Below the pieces are notes generated by a model. The model ran no database searches. It was not told the DNA's origin and saw only the letters and a program-made list of their open reading frames with translations. This document shows, in pieces, positions 1-17,366 of a DNA stretch of 64,000 nucleotides. Made by a program: the position numbers and the translations under genes. Origin of the DNA: the human T2T-CHM13v2.0 reference genome, Homo sapiens; contig CP068257.2 in NCBI GenBank assembly GCA_009914755.4, positions 21,408,001-21,472,000 of the forward strand. Reading direction: 5' to 3'. The stretch's first letter is position 1; every line of letters starts with the position of its first letter.

Positions 1-68
1 TCAGGTGATCCTCCACCTCAGCCTCCCAAAGTACTGGGATTACAGTTGTAAGCCACCATGCCTAGCCC
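1..68 (-). mobile_element. Alu 5' portion, truncated by window start
   Basis: Reverse complement of the Alu left-monomer start (…cctcccaaagtactgggattacag…agccacc…) ending near 68. Confidence 0.8.
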
Positions 69-621
69 TTCTTTCTTAAATAAATTTTGTCTTTTTATTT
101 CTTTTAATTTTAAAAGCTTTCGCCTTTTAATCTTTTTCACATACAATATGATTTGTTTTTGTTTGCTCATGTGTTACTCAGAGGAAAAACTTCATTCCTG
201 AAATGATTTTCTTTAACTCTTTCCAGAGTTCACTAACATATTTATGCTGTTTTTTAACAACTTGTTTTCATTTTTATCTTCTCTTTTTTTAAAATTATAC
301 TGTTGGATTACAGTGTTGTATGTTCAATTGACGTATCTTTAGAATATATTTTATTATTTATAAATATATAATTCCAATATATACTATTATTAATTTTTAA
401 AATGATAATTTTGTGTGTTATGCCCTTAATCAGGTTTCTTATTACATTTTTACTGTGAATTAGTTTTATTAAATTCTAGAAGAGAAGAATGGTTAAAGTT
501 AGCCTGTCTAATTTTGTAGTTCTAGAATTTCCTCCACCGCTAGTTTTGTGAAAAGTTCAAAAATATTAGCTTAATTTTCTTAACTCTCCTGAAATTGCTT
601 AAGTTCCAAAATTTTATCTAA

Positions 622-984
<363 letters not shown>

Positions 985-1689
985 TAGTTTTGATTTTTTT
1001 ACCTTAGATTCTCCTCTGTAAGAGACTTTTCCCAAGAGTCTAGATTTCTTCAAGCCCTTCAGACTTTACTATAAATTATTTGCAACCAGCTGTAGGTGTT
1101 CACACTTACTTATTCAGACAACCATTTATCTGATTTTCTCACTGTAGATTAGTTTTGTCTACTCTAAAACAATATCAATGGAATGATATTGTACATACTC
1201 CTTTTTTTGGCTTATTTTATTTAGCAAAACAATTTGTGATTCATCTAGTGTATAAATACTCTGGATTTTGTGTATCTTTTCACCCATTGATAGATATTTG
1301 GAGTCATTTCTAGCTTTAAATATTTATAAAATACATGGGGTAAATATTTTTGCACAAATAAATTAGAGACTTAAGTTTTTATTTCTCTAGGATAAATAGA
1401 AAACTAGATTTGCTAGGAAATACGGCAAGGGAAAATAAATTTTATAAAAATATATCAAGCTATTTTCCAAAGTAATTTTAATGTTTTCAGATCCCACCAG
1501 CAATATATTAGTGTTAAAGTTGTTCTACGTCCTTGCCAACTCTAGTGTTGTTTTTATTTTTTAAATGTTTGTTGACACTTTTTTTAATTGAAATACTGTT
1601 CTATTTATTCTAGATACAACTCTTTGTCAACTAAAGGTGTTTAAATTATTTTCCATTCATTTGTGCCTTTATTCATTCAGTACAGGGTT

Positions 1690-2045
1690 TTAAAAATCTT
1701 AATTACTATGGCTACAAAACGGTTATATATATTTATGGGGTAGATGTGATGTTTTGATACAAGCATGCCATGAGTAATGATCAAACCAGGGTAGTTAACC
1801 ACCTCACGCCTTTGTAATTTATTTATGTTAGGAACATTCCAATTCCATTCTGTCAGTTATTTTAAAATATACAATAAATTATTGTTCACTATAGTCACCT
1901 TATTGTGCTACTGAATACTAGATATTATTCATCCTATCTAACTGCATTAATTTGTACCCATTAACCATCACCGCATTCCCCTCCCATCCCTGCCACCTTT
2001 TCCAACCTCTGGCAACCGTCATTTCACTCTCTAGCTCCATGGGTT
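1690..2045 (-). mobile_element. L1M-type LINE-1 3'-end fragment
   Basis: Antisense L1 3'UTR motif (…tagtcaccttattgtgc…tgtacccattaaccatcaccgcattcccctcc…cctctggcaaccgtcatttcactctctagctccatg…). Confidence 0.5.
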
Positions 2046-2469
2046 CAATTATATTTAAAGGGAAAAATAAGTTAGGCCAGGGAATATAATGCAGAGCTCT
2101 ATTATCTCTGGAATATCTTCATTTTTCCTTTCTTTGTTATAGAATCATATGCAAATTGATGTTCTATAGGACATACCACATTGTCTTATTTCTTATAATT
2201 CTATAACTAGATTTATTTAAAAACATAATTTGAGTCATAGAACACATGATAGTAAGTCAAGAAAAACATTTTAAGAATGTTAACAATTTTTAAAATGGGT
2301 GATTTTGGGGTAATCACACCTAATTATGACATTAACCTGGAAGGCCTTCAAAAGAATGTATACATCAGAAATTGATGCATTATGGGAAATACATAGAATT
2401 TCAAAATATGTTGAACACATAGAATTTTAAAATATGTTGAAATAAATCATTTGAAGCACAATTCTCATA

Positions 2470-2950
2470 GATTCAATATTAGTCTATTCGTTTCCCAGGA
2501 CTGCTATAACAAAATACCATAAATAGGGTGGCTTAAAATAATAGAAACCTATTTTCTTATAGTTCTCAAGACTAGAATTGTAAAATCAAGGTGTCAGCAG
2601 AGTGGTGACATTTGAGGCTAGGGAAGAATCCTTCCTGGGCTCTTACTAGTTTCTGATGGTTATGGTCCCCGTTGGCATTCCGTGGCTTGTAGATATCACT
2701 TCAATTAGCTTCACCTGTTACATGGAATTCTCCCTGTATGTCTCTGTGCCATTACATGGCTTTCTTATAAGGACATCCATTGTCGAATTCAGGTCGACAA
2801 AATCAGTATGATTTCATCTTAACTAATTATATCTGCAAAACCCTATTTCCAAATAAAGTCACATGAGTTTCTGGGTGGACATAAATTTTATTTTTGGGTT
2901 AGGGACACTTCATTACATTGCACTTAGTAATATATCTTTTTGAGGCAAGA
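2470..2950 (+). repeat. Ancient interspersed repeat (LTR-class-like; family not resolved)
   Basis: Motif set typical of a widespread old mammalian repeat (…ctgctataacaaaataccataaa…ggcttaaaataatagaaa…tcaaggtgtcagcag…tataaggacatc…atttccaaataaagtcacat…ggttagggacac…). Family and orientation not verifiable by eye. Confidence 0.3.
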
Positions 2951-5054
2951 GAGCCACATGAGAATATAGCTTGTAACTTATTTTTAAATATTTTTCTATC
3001 CAAAGGAATCTTCATTTTATTCAAGTTAATCTTATATGAAGCATCATGAAATAGAATGAAAATGGTCAAAGCTCATCTGATTGCAACAGAATTCAGGGTA
3101 AGAAGCACTAAATCACAGTACCCTCGTGGCTTTCCTTTCGTCTGATAGTGCCTAGAAGACACAAGAGCTTAGCTTGAGAAGTCTATTGTTTTTTTTTTTT
3201 TTTTTTGGGAAAAGTAAAATTTTATTTCTTCAGTGTCTCAAGAATAGCCACTGTTAACATCTTAGTGGTCTTTTAGATTTTATTTTATGGATATATTCAT
3301 ATATATATGTATATGCACACAAATATCCATTTATATAATGTAAACATTTTATATTGTTATATGACTTTTCCCATTTAACATTACATTATGAGCCTTTCCT
3401 GTGTCATTAAATATTACTGAGGTACATGAGGATTAATAGATACATAATGATTTAATTATTTTCTGATTATTACATGTTAGGTTTCTTCTAGTTTGCCCCT
3501 CTTATATACAGTTCTCTGATAGAAATTCATACACGTAAATCTGAGCATTTCTGACAGTTTTCTTTGGTCAGATTCCTAGGAGGAGATTATCGAGGTAAAG
3601 TGTTCTTTTTTTTTTAAAATGCATTAAGGGCAGAAAAGAAAAAAAAAAGAGAGAAGTCTATTGTTAATTGGATTGATGTTTAGCAGAATCTAAGGGCAGA
3701 AGAGAAAATACTTCTCAAATATCATATGAACTGAATATTTCTTTTAAAGTGGTAACAGAATTGCTGACAACAGTTCCGGCAAACATAAAATTAATAATTT
3801 TAGCCACTCTGTCTTTTTTGGCACAAAGTGATTCTATATTATATTGCAGACATTCTGCCTTACCTTGGGTATTTTCAGAAAGTAATGAGAAATGTCATTC
3901 AAGGATGTTTGAAGAACTGGAGATCAGAGAGCAAAAAGTCCTTTGATCTTGCTTTGAGTAAAGGAGATACCGAATTGGCAAATGTTACTATAAAATACAA
4001 TAGAAATCCCATTAACTGAAAAAAAATTGTATACTGGCATGATGCTCAATAGTAAAAATAGAGTTTATTATCACATAACCTTAGTAACAATTCAAGCTCC
4101 ACAGGAAAGCTAAAAATCAACTGGATTATACAGCCTTTCAAGTCACTATAGAATATAACTTCAGTCCATTGCTTTAAAGTTTTGCTAAAAAAATTGATGG
4201 AACAACTTTAAAATTAAAACCATCAATATTGTTTTGTGCATTTCAGCAATGGTCACTTGATATTAATTGATAATAGGAATGTTGGAGCTACTATGATAAT
4301 CTAAAACAGTCTTATATCCCTTAATAGCTCCCAGTGTGACAACAACCGAGGAGAGAAGCAGTATTTCCAAATATATTCAGTGATGATCTAAGTCTGTAAC
4401 TTATACCACTTTCTTTATATTTCAATATAACAACTTATTCATTGGTGCAAAGGAAACATCCAGTATGCACTATTCAACCTGCTGATTAATTTACTAGCCT
4501 GTTAACTCAAGAAGCCCCATATATTCACTCATTCATTCAGCAGTTTTCTTTGAGTTATCACGGTTTCAGTCAGTATTCTAAGTTCCAGAGGCACTTGACT
4601 AAAGAAGATGATAGACAAAAACTTTGCCTTGTGGAAATTACAGGTTAGTATGGGAGGCAGACAATAAAAACAACAAAAAAATAAGTTACACAATATTATA
4701 GAGGCTTGTAAGTACACGCAATAAATTTGAAGCAGAAATTGAGAATTAGCTGCACGTATTGAGTTGATGTAAATTGTAATCAGGGAAAGTCTCACTGAGA
4801 AGATGGCATTTGACAAAAAATTTGAAAGAAGTGAAGTGGGAAACTATGAGGATATGTGTGAAAGAGGATTATAGGTGGAAGGAATAGCCAGAGTAGAAGT
4901 CCTGAGTCAGGAATGTATCTCTTGAGTTTAGAATTAGCAAAGGGGACAGAGTGTGTCTCTGGTGGAGGGAGATGAGAATAGACGAGGTAGGAGAGATGAC
5001 CAGAGGCCACATCATGGAGATGAAGCTATATGCTCATGGTCACCCAGCCAGTGA

Positions 5055-5415
<361 letters not shown>

Positions 5416-5892
5416 ACATGTTACTCAGACTTTCAATCAGGTTTTTCCATCTAACATTACGAATATATTTTAGATAATTCCATATGCAAATATACTAATA
5501 CAGATAACTGAATATGCTATTAAAATATTTCTTTTATTTGTGACCCTAAAAGTTTAAAAATTTACTTGGTATAGGTATAAAATGATTTCTTCTATCTTAG
5601 ATATGTAACAAAAGATATTTGATAGAGATGGTTTCTGCATAATAATATTATTTTAAAATATCAATATTTTTGATATACAAAGAAGACTAATTTTGGAATA
5701 ATAGTATCCAAGAATACAGTTTATAATGCTCATCTTTCAAGAGAGCCCTCATGTATCTTACTCCAGATATTTTGCACCCACATGGTACCACAGTTGGTCT
5801 GGATGTCAAATAATATATGGCAGAAGTAAAATATGTCACTACTAAGATTAGGTTATAAAATACTGATATTTGATATTTTCATATTGCATGTG

Positions 5893-5940
5893 CTCTCTCT
5901 CTTTCTGTCTCTTTCTCTCTCTCTCTCCCTTCCTCTCACT
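5893..5940. repeat. (CT)n / polypyrimidine microsatellite
   Basis: ctctctctctttctgtctctttctctctctctctcccttcctctc. Confidence 0.85.
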
Positions 5941-6934
5941 GTTGCTCTCATCACCCATTCTGTGACAGCCAAGAGCCACCAAAGAACTGATGTCTGCCAA
6001 AACCCATATGAAGGATCTTGCATACAGGTTCACAAGCCTCATTTGAGCTTTGAGGTGTCAGACTCACCAGCTAACAGTTTGGGCGCAATCTCTTAGTTTC
6101 CAGAGCCAGAAGTTCTCACGTAAGCTACTCCAAGAATTTCAATCTTGACCCACAGAAACTGTAAGTGAAAAGAAATATGTGTTGTCTTAAGCTCCTATAC
6201 TTTAGGATAATTTATTATTCAGCAAAAGAAAGCTGATTTTTTTCGGAACCAAAATTTCTGTTTGGAACCAAAAGTGAGATGCAAGAAAACAAACTTGAAA
6301 TGTGAGAGTGAGTTTGAAACTAGAAAGTAGACCTGGAGGAGAGTTACAGTGAAAGCCCAGAGTGCTTTGAGGGAACTGTTAATGGAAGACTTACGCTCTT
6401 GGATAAGGCTGTGCATAACAGGGTTGCAGAAAAGTGGGACAGGCATTATTAGAAATTAGAGAAAGGAGATTGTTTTAATATAATGGCAGAGAGCATAGCA
6501 ATACCATACTTAACTAAAGTTAATTAGCAAGTCATAAATGGTTGACCAGGCTAATGTAGTCATATACTGTGACACATTTGAAATCTTATTCTGCTTTGCA
6601 AGCTAACAATGGAGACTGCCACAATTCCATTGATGCTAGCAGAAGCTATCCAACTCCTAGGTCAGAGAAAAAGAGCTTTTTTTCCTCAAAATACTGAATG
6701 CACCACAAGTTTCACATTTGCTTCAATGTTCCTTGTTCCTCAAGTCCCAGGGGTGATGCAGTGGCTCAGGGTGATGTTGCATAGGAAGAGAGTTTTGTCA
6801 CAGGGAAAGAACTATTTTAAAAACAAATAAAGAAACAGACAAAAACAAAACCAAAAAACTCCCTATCTTATGAGAGAACTGTTAGCAAACTGTGGTAGAC
6901 AAAATAACGTTTCCTCTCAAAAATGACTTTGTGT

Positions 6935-7400
6935 TAATGTCTAGAACGTTACTTGTGAAAAGAGACACTGCAGGTGTAATTATGTTCAGGATATTGAGAT
7001 GGGGAGGTTAGCCTGAAATATTCAGGTGGATACAAGGTAAGAAGAAGGGTCCTCCTGAAGAGTGAAAGAGAGAAAGGAGAAGAGTCAGTGTCAGAGTGAT
7101 GTATCATGAGAAAGACTTGAGTGGCCATTGCTGGTTTTGAAAATGGAAGGAGCTGAAAAAAGCAAAACCCAAAAACCAAACCAAAACAAAAAAACCAAAC
7201 GGCTTTTCCCTAAAGCCTCCAGAAAAGAAGGCAACCCCGCTTGTACTTGGATTTCAGCCCAGTGAGAGCCATTGTGGACTTCTGCCCTCCAGAACTGTAA
7301 GATCATACGTTTATGTTGTTTTAGATCACCAAGTTTATGGTACCTTGTTATAGCAGTCTTAGGAAACTGTTACAGTCTACAGTACCTAGAAGTTGTGTGC
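6935..7400 (+). mobile_element. MaLR (MLT1-type) solo LTR
   Basis: 3' terminal MaLR signature …ccagtgagagccattgtggacttctgccctccagaactgtaagat…tgttgttttagatcaccaagtttatggtaccttgttatagcagtcttaggaaactgttacag. Upstream …agagtgatgtatcatgagaaagacttgagtggccattgctggttttgaaaatggaagg… also MLT1-like. Confidence 0.55.
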
Positions 7401-9992
7401 TGCTCTAACAAATTAAAACAAAAAAAAAACTATGAAAGTGGCTTTGGAATTGAAAAATGGCCTGAGGCTGGAAAATTTTGATGATCGTGCTAGAAAAAGC
7501 TTAGATGGGCTTGTATTGACTGGTAGTTGAAATACAATCATTTAAGACTTTGCTGGTGAAACTTCAGAAGAAACTGATGATCATGGCACAGAAATCATAT
7601 GTCACCTTAGAGAATTGCTAAATTATTTTCTGCAGACTATGGTTAAAAATATGGACCTTAAAGGTATTGCTATTGAGGGCTCAGTGAGAAATGAGAAATA
7701 TGTTATTGGAAACAGGAGGAAAGGAGGTACTTGCTATATAGCGGCAGAAAGCTCAGTGGGATAGTGTCCTACAATTATGCCGAGAGCAAACTTTGTAAAA
7801 GAAGAACTTGAATAGTTAGCTGAAGAGATTTCCAAAGAAAATGTTAAAGCTGTGATCTGGTTGCTTCTTGGTGCTTATAGTAAAATGTGGGAGAAAAGAC
7901 ATACACTGAGGGAAGAATTATGAAGTAGAAAGAACCAAAACTTGATTATTTGAGAAATTCTGAGCCTATTCAGATTGCAAAAGATGCTAAATTTAGAGGT
8001 TCACTGTCAAGAAAGCATACTTTAAAACTAGCATTTGACTGGAAAGCTTTTTGTAAGTGCCTAAGAAGAAACTAATAGTTACAGTGTTATTCACATAGAA
8101 GTCTCTTGAAAGATATTAGTGAATCAGAGACTAGCACAGCTATCTGGAAGAAGACAGGAAGAGAAACAAATCATTCAGAAAATATCTGTGTGATAGTATC
8201 TTGACTAACAGAGCGAATTCCCATGACATATACAGGAGACTTACAAGGGTTTTAACAAATTTTTACCAGCAGAAACTCTACCAGCTGAGATAGAAAGAGA
8301 CTGAGAAAGGAAGAAATAATAAGAGAATGTTGGTCCCAAAATTCTACAAGCACAAAATGGATATTACTTAGCTGAGAACATGTCCTGCATTTCTTAAAAA
8401 GAAGAGGTGGCTCCAATGGCAGAGCTATCATCCTCTGAGCAAGTAGAGCCAGGAATCAAAGAACATTATTACTAGGTCTTGAGACCTTGTGTCATTTGCC
8501 CAACTGGATTTAAAAATTTTGGACTGTTGAATATTTGTTTTTCTTTCATTTTCTCACATTTTAAAAGGAAATATATATAACTGCTATTTTATCCTCAACT
8601 ACTATTGCATGTTGGGAACAGATAACTTGTTTTCTAGTATCACAAGCCCACTGATGGGATTAATTACATCCAGAGCTTTATTCATACCTGATTTAGATGA
8701 TTTAGAGAGTAAGATTTGAGACTTTGAGCTGAACACACATAGATGAGATTTTGGATTTAAATTTATTCATTAATTGGTTGAAAATTTGGAGATGTTGCTG
8801 TGGGGTGATTGCATTTTGCAAGTGGGATGGAACTGAATCTTTGGAGTCCAAAGAGTGGAGTACCATAAGCAGAATAATGGCCTCTCATTGATACCCATGT
8901 TCTAAACTCTGGAACCTGTGAATACGTTATCTGTCTTACATGGCAAAAGTAACTTTTCAGAAGTGGCTAAATTAAAGATCTTGAGATAGGGATTATCCTA
9001 AATTATTCTGGATTACCCTGTAATTACAAGGGTCCTTATAAGTGAAATAGGAAGGCAGACCATTCAATCTTAGGGTGAGTTAGTAAGAGAAAGACTGGAT
9101 CAGCCATTTATGGCTTTGAAGATTCAATGGGGCCATAAGCCAAAGAATATAAGCAGCTTTTAGAAGGTGGAAATGTCAAGACAATTGATTCCCCTTAGAG
9201 GATCTAGAAAGAAATGCAGCTGTTCTGACATTTGGATTGACATTTTGATTTTGGCCCATTGAATTAAATTTCTGATTTTTGACCTTCAGAAATGTGAGAT
9301 AATGATGTCAGAGATGCAGATATACCAGAGACTATTTATAGAGAATCATCTTCCAATGAGATTTCCAATCAGTGTTGAACATGCTTCCTTGTTTCCTGTT
9401 GTTGCTTATAGTAGTGTCAGAGGAGGGAGATAAAACAAAGGAAGGACTGGTAAACAAAATATTAACACTTGATGGTTTTGAACATTTCTAGTGTTTTCAT
9501 TTCACAAAGGATGATAACTTTCTGAGGAAAGATAAAGTTACACATACTCCTAGGAAAACACAGACCAAAGATAAAGCTGAAGATGTGACTAAAACATCTT
9601 TGGTGGAGACCTCAGAAAAATCAAGGTTGTATATCAGACAAAAGGCCTTCTAAAGAGATAAAATGTGTGCCTCATATTTCCTTACAGTCAAACAGTAGAG
9701 CTTTTAAGAACCATAAGGTCACTGTCCCTCAGCCTTCCCAGATGAAATGCAAAGTAAAGAAGGTCTCATCCCCAAGAGATCATGAACATGGATTTTATCT
9801 AATGGTACAGATCTTAATAAGATTTACACACTTTTTAAAGGAATTCCAGATTGAGATATGATACCGTATTGAACTGAAAAGGACAAAGATAACACAACAT
9901 GAAAAGAGGGCTTTTGTCCCACAAAATTCTATCAGCAGCAAGTGAGTGAAAAGCAGCCCATGATACCTTTCATTAAAAAGGAAGGAGGACTC

Positions 9993-10450
<458 letters not shown>

Positions 10451-12625
10451 CTATGCCAATCACATCATTATACATTGGGTGCATTAAGAGCAGACAACTG
10501 GTCACGTTAGTTTCAGAGATGAAGAAAAACTGTATTCATGGGGTTGTACTTAAGAAATCATACCCAAGGAGCCTCATTCACTTCTGTACTGAGTGTAGAT
10601 ATAGATCCGGACTTGAGCTGATGCTCTAATGGGATAAGACATTAGGAGGCCCTTTATGAGGAGGTAATTGTATTTCATTTATGGGAGAAACATATAATTG
10701 AAAGCAGGAAGGACCGGAATAAGAAGCCTCCAATATAGCCTCCAAAGTTTCCTTTCAAGGCATTCACATCTTTAAAGAGTCCCCTCTCATATTTTACCAG
10801 GGTTTGTCAATGTGCTAAATAGCACGTGGCAGAATATTGCTCGTCTTCTCTCTCTCTCTTCCTCTCTCTGTAGTTTTCTATCTCTCATTACTCTTTCTAG
10901 TAGAAATGAGCTGTCATTTTTGGAGCAGCTGTATGAATAGGATCATATGCTGGTGAGTAACTAACATTTTCAGGCACAGCTTGTGAAACTGTGGCCTGCC
11001 AGCCCTCAGGTGGGTGATCATGGAAGCAGATTCTGAAGCTGCAGTTAGATCTTGAGATCCTTGCTGCTCCAGAGGAGAGCTGAGATCTTTTTACAAGCGC
11101 TGAGCTAAAACCAGACAGCTCAGCTGCTGCTAGATTCCTTCAGAAATTGGGTGAGATAATAGTTTCATGGCAATTTCCTAAGCAGTAATATAATACTTAC
11201 CCAGTTTTGTTTTTGTTTTTTTTCAAATTAGCTTACTTTGAAACAACGACTATCACTTTAAGATATAGGTAATCTCAGTCTTATAGAAAAGGTAAAATTC
11301 AATATCTTTTTAAATGATAATATTAAATATGATAAATATGTTAAATGAATAAAATTTAGGGCAAAACTCAATCCAATGTGCAGCATATTTTTAAAAAGAT
11401 AATGTGTAAAATTCACTCTAAATAGCTGTGAATGCCTTCTGCTTATACTTTTTATTTGCAAGCATTTATTTTGTACTGCTGATTTTGTTCTTCAACTGTG
11501 AATTAAAAAGTAAATAAACAGTAAACTGCTGACTACATGAAACATTACAAATATGACGTCTTTCTGCCCTTGCCTCAAAAAGCGGTAAAATATACCTAGT
11601 TTTCTGAACATATTTTCTATTCCTAGTTTGAATTTTAAAGAAAAAGATAAATTTACATGAAATAACAAATCATAATAAAAATTAATAGTTTTAATTAATT
11701 GGAAAATGCAGTCTGGAACATAAAAATAGAATGACTATTTTATTATAATTTATCATACAGTTATACTACAAAGAAAAAGCAACAGCGTTAATTTTAAAAA
11801 GGCACTTTTTCTCTGTGATAATTTATTTGAGTATCCTTATTCTTGAGTATAACTTTTTAAATGTGCAATTTACAAAGCTCTGCAAAATGCCTCATTTATA
11901 CAGGCTCATGCAAAGCTCTGGATAATTGTTAAGCAAGATTCTTCTATTTTCATTACCAGATATCAATTCCTTTGTCTATTTGATGCCATAGTTTCATTAA
12001 AGCTGTTTTTACTGCATCTTAAATTCACTACAATGCAATTCAGTTGTCTCATTTAAGATAGAAAAAGTATGATCTGGAAATACTTAAGTGACTTACTGGA
12101 GCAAAATGCTATTTACTGTCAGAAGAAAAATTTGAATTGTCATTACTTAAGTTTAAAACTTTTGCTTTTAAAAGTTATTCAGTAACTTAGCCACTTCTTT
12201 ACACATATCCATACTTTTTTAGATATCCTATTTCAATAATTCTTGATTGCTCTAAAATATTGTCATTGCTTTGTAGTTTCTTGTATCTTAAACAATAATA
12301 CTAATACACTTTATAATTGACACATGTAAAAAATACGAATCAGAAAGCAATTAAAAAGAATGGAATCATTAAGTCTCCATCATTTAAAATTATGTTTTCT
12401 GTGTTTTTCATTTTTAAGTTTCTTTATTAATGTGGAAAAGCTTTGATTTCTTCTTTTGTTTATATTTCAAAAGATTTTTTTTGCAAAGTAAAATATCGAT
12501 ATGTATTCTGATTTTACATGTGCTATAGTTTCTATATTTAATAATTAAATAATGAGGAATATGTTACAATTCTAATGTTTTCACCATATTCTTACTAAAT
12601 ATCTTCCACCTGTATATATATGTAA

Positions 12626-12929
<304 letters not shown>

Positions 12930-15924
12930 CACCTGTATATTTTTAATTACATGTAACTTAATTGCCTGAAATAACGGTTGTATCTTATTGTACATCCTTA
13001 TATACAATCAGGTTCTTATTTTTCTTAGTCTCTTACTTTCTTGCCGATGCCTGCTCCAAATATAAGTTTTAAAAATACATGTGATGTCTTAAAAATAATT
13101 TTATTTTGGCAATACCAAGACCTACTCCAAGTCTTTGTTGTTGTCCTAGGTGTTTTTTTTTTTTTTTTTGTATAAGTTTCTCTATTTACTTTTTCCATTT
13201 TATTTTTGAATTACCTTCAGGATTAAAATGAAACGATTTGAATAACTTTATCACAGGCCATGAGAACTTAATGTGAGGCTCCTGTGGATCTGAATGGGCA
13301 CTCCTCCCACCCACCTAGTTTGCGGGTCCAGTATAGATAGAGACTGTAAGACAGATGTGTCCCTCCCTGCATCTCTCTGCTTGAGGGTGTGTTTTAGCCA
13401 CTAGAATGTAGTCAGATGTTCCTGCCTGCCGCATGTGCAGAGTTTTTAATGCCTAGGAGTGTCCTTAAAGGGATGCGGTTTTTGAGCTGGTAGATTAATA
13501 GCCCAGCTTCTTTTCTGTAAAGAGTATAATAGTGGTATCGAGTTCCAGTTTTTCGTGAAGACAACTTGCCAGTTATGAAACTCTATGGGTTTTCCTCCCT
13601 TCCTGCATCATTTTCAGACTCCCTGCATATTTCTTGGAATAACTTCTCAAATAAAAATCTTAAACACCAATTGTTGTGTCAGGTTCTACATTCGGAAGAT
13701 CTTAAACTAGGACAACTAATATGCTTCAAACTTCCAATGATAATGTATAGACAAGAAGACAGCTCTGTCCTCTAGGCTGTGCTTTTAGTGCCAACTTTCT
13801 TAATAACATCACCTATTCTGCTGACACTCACTCTGGAGGAATAAAACTTTAGAGCCCCTGGCTAAACAGGATCTGAGAGGAAGGTAAAAGATCAAGGAGA
13901 CAGAATCATTATGTCGGCATGGCAATGCGGTAGCTTGGAAACCTTTAAATGTTTTAGCCTGGGAAAATGTATTTTGAATCATCAACTAATTTTGGAGTAT
14001 TTACTCAAATGTAGAGAATAAAATGTTTTCTATTTATATGAGGACATAGAAGGGAATTCACCAGAATTTCAGGATTTGTTTGAAAGTGAAGGGGATTTTT
14101 TTGTTAATTAGAACTGAGAGTTCAAAACAGCTCCTTTCCTGAGTGGTCTCTGAGAATCAAGTAGACCACAATTATCTGTTTTGGAAATTTTCTCTTGGGT
14201 AACTTGAAGAGTTCATCTAGAACACATCTTCCTTCAAATCTATAAAACATTGTAATTTTTAATGTGTGTATATTATCAACTATAGTAAATTTAAGAAATA
14301 TATTACCTTAATATCTGCAAATTAAATAGTGACTGACTCATGGTTCCAACTTTCTATCCAAAGCAACTTTCATGTGCATTTCATGAGTTCATCATTTTGC
14401 AGTAATATCATACTGTGTAAATTGAGATTAAAGTGTCTAAACTAAGCCAAGTACTTATATTTATGCAGCTTTAATGCTATCTGTGCTTTAAGATTGTCGT
14501 GAAAAGGCAACATGATTATCATTATGCCTGTCATACCTATTATTGTCATCATTATTAGTTTTAGCTCAGTAGTTCCACATTTATTTAGTTTCTTGCAATA
14601 TTTTGTTTCTTAAAGGCATACCATCTATGCTGTCAATCCTACATACAAATAGTGATTTTATGCCAATTTTAGCATTTAGCTGTATAAATCAATGTGTTCC
14701 TAGTGTCTTTTTTAAAAAAAAAATCTACCTTTCCTCAGCCCCCTGCCAAGAAGCCTCACTTGCATTGGAATGGAAGTAATAGCCCACATTTAATATTAAA
14801 AATGAAGCAACTTATATAGTTTTAAAAACTTATATTTGAGGAATAGAATAAATTAAAATCAAATGTATTTTAATTCAAATTCAAAGAATGATTTCTAGCA
14901 TTCAGCTTTAAAAAACCATTTATGAAAATATCTTTAATCTTGTAAAGAAATATTAATTATAGAATCACTGAACCCTTTGAAAGCTGATTTATTTTGCTTT
15001 CCTCTTTATAAGTTAGCTTTCAGAGAACTAATGATTTGAAAATATTAGAATAGTGTAGCATATAAGCTTTTTACCTTTAAAGACATTTAAAGTACTAATT
15101 CTATATTGACCAAATGTTTTCTAAATGTATAGGTCAAGAAAAACATTCAGATAATTTTATTATAAATGATGTGTTAAAGTGGCATTTTGAAAAGTTTACT
15201 ATTATGAAATGAGTATTGATAGATACTGTCATCTTTTAAGAATAGTCATGGATGAGATCATAAATGAATATGTCAAAGTAGTTATAGAATTCCAATAAAA
15301 ACTTCTTTTTCATTAGTTTACTAAATAATGGGAAGAGATTCAATACATGGAAAGTTTCTTATTTTTATGATTTAAATCAAGAATTTCTATAAATATGCAA
15401 ATACACAAATACTATGATTATTTCTTGAAAATCATTTTTCTTTGTTTTGTAGAATAGTTAAAATTCAAGCAAACACCAAATTCAAAATCAAACATTTAAA
15501 TTTTAATAATCTCTTATGGCATTCCATATTTAACTCTCAGAAATTACATCTTTCTACCATGATGAGTTGAAGAATATACTGAAGAAATTTATCTAGGCAG
15601 AATAAAATAATACTGTGTTGCTGGTACTTATTGGGTATCACTTACAAGTAATATATTAGAAATTCATTTTCCACAGACACAAAAGCAAATATACACAAAC
15701 ATGCAGAGATGCTTAAACTCAACAAGATTAAAACTAGAGTAAAACAAAACTTAAACCAAATGGAGCAATTCTTTACATGGTTAATGTGGGAAAAATAAAA
15801 ATACACTCCATATTTTACCTGAAATTTTTCCTACAATATCAATAATAATTATTACTTTTTTCTTTCTCAATATTTTAGTATTTTACACAAAACTAAAAAA
15901 CATACTAGCTAAATTAATGAATAA

Positions 15925-16315
<391 letters not shown>

Positions 16316-17045
16316 TTGTTGACTTTATGGAGAGTGTAAAAATTTTGATTTAAAAAAAATGAGAGCAGTATTTGTCTAATTCAATTTATTTTCCACCCTT
16401 CGCTTTCCCCCTTTGGATAATGGGCTAGGCTGAAATTATGCTTGGAGTTGTTTCAGGAATCTTGAGGCAATGAGAGAAAAGTTAAAGAAACATAGAGATG
16501 TCAATGTGGATCTGAAGTATCACTGGGAAGCCAATCCAACCTAGTGTCTGCCAACCTAGTACTTTCTTGGAGTCACTTGTATGCCTAAATTTTACAAACA
16601 CTTTTACTGCTTAAAGCATTGTAATTAATACATAATGCTTACCTGAATGATACTTTAAAGACAATCATGAGTTATGTTTAAAAGCAAGAGTTATAAATTA
16701 TAACAAAGAAAACATAACAATTACAGTTACGGATTAAATAGGTATATTTTCATTTTTGACAAGAAGCAAAAGGATAAAATAAAGAAAAAGACTGCAATCA
16801 ATGAAAGTAAAAACAGAAAGATAATCATGGTTGTTTAAAGATTAACAAAATGGACAAATCTCTAGCCAGACTGATTAGGAGTAGAGAGAGACTGAACAAA
16901 CTGCCAATGTCAGTAATGAAAATGGGGTATCGCTACAGATCCTAGTGACATTAAAGAGATGATAATAAATACAATAAAAATTAATGTTAATAACTTTGAC
17001 AGCTTTGACAAAATGGGTACATACTTTGAATGATAAAAACTGTCA

Positions 17046-17366
<321 letters not shown>

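Noticed and set aside
10600-11160. Segment with several short inverted repeats (…gagatccttgctgctccagaggagagctgagatct…cagctcagctgctgctag…), a possible DNA-transposon relic
   Set aside because: Only short, imperfect symmetry with no recognisable terminal inverted repeats or TSD. Insufficient evidence.
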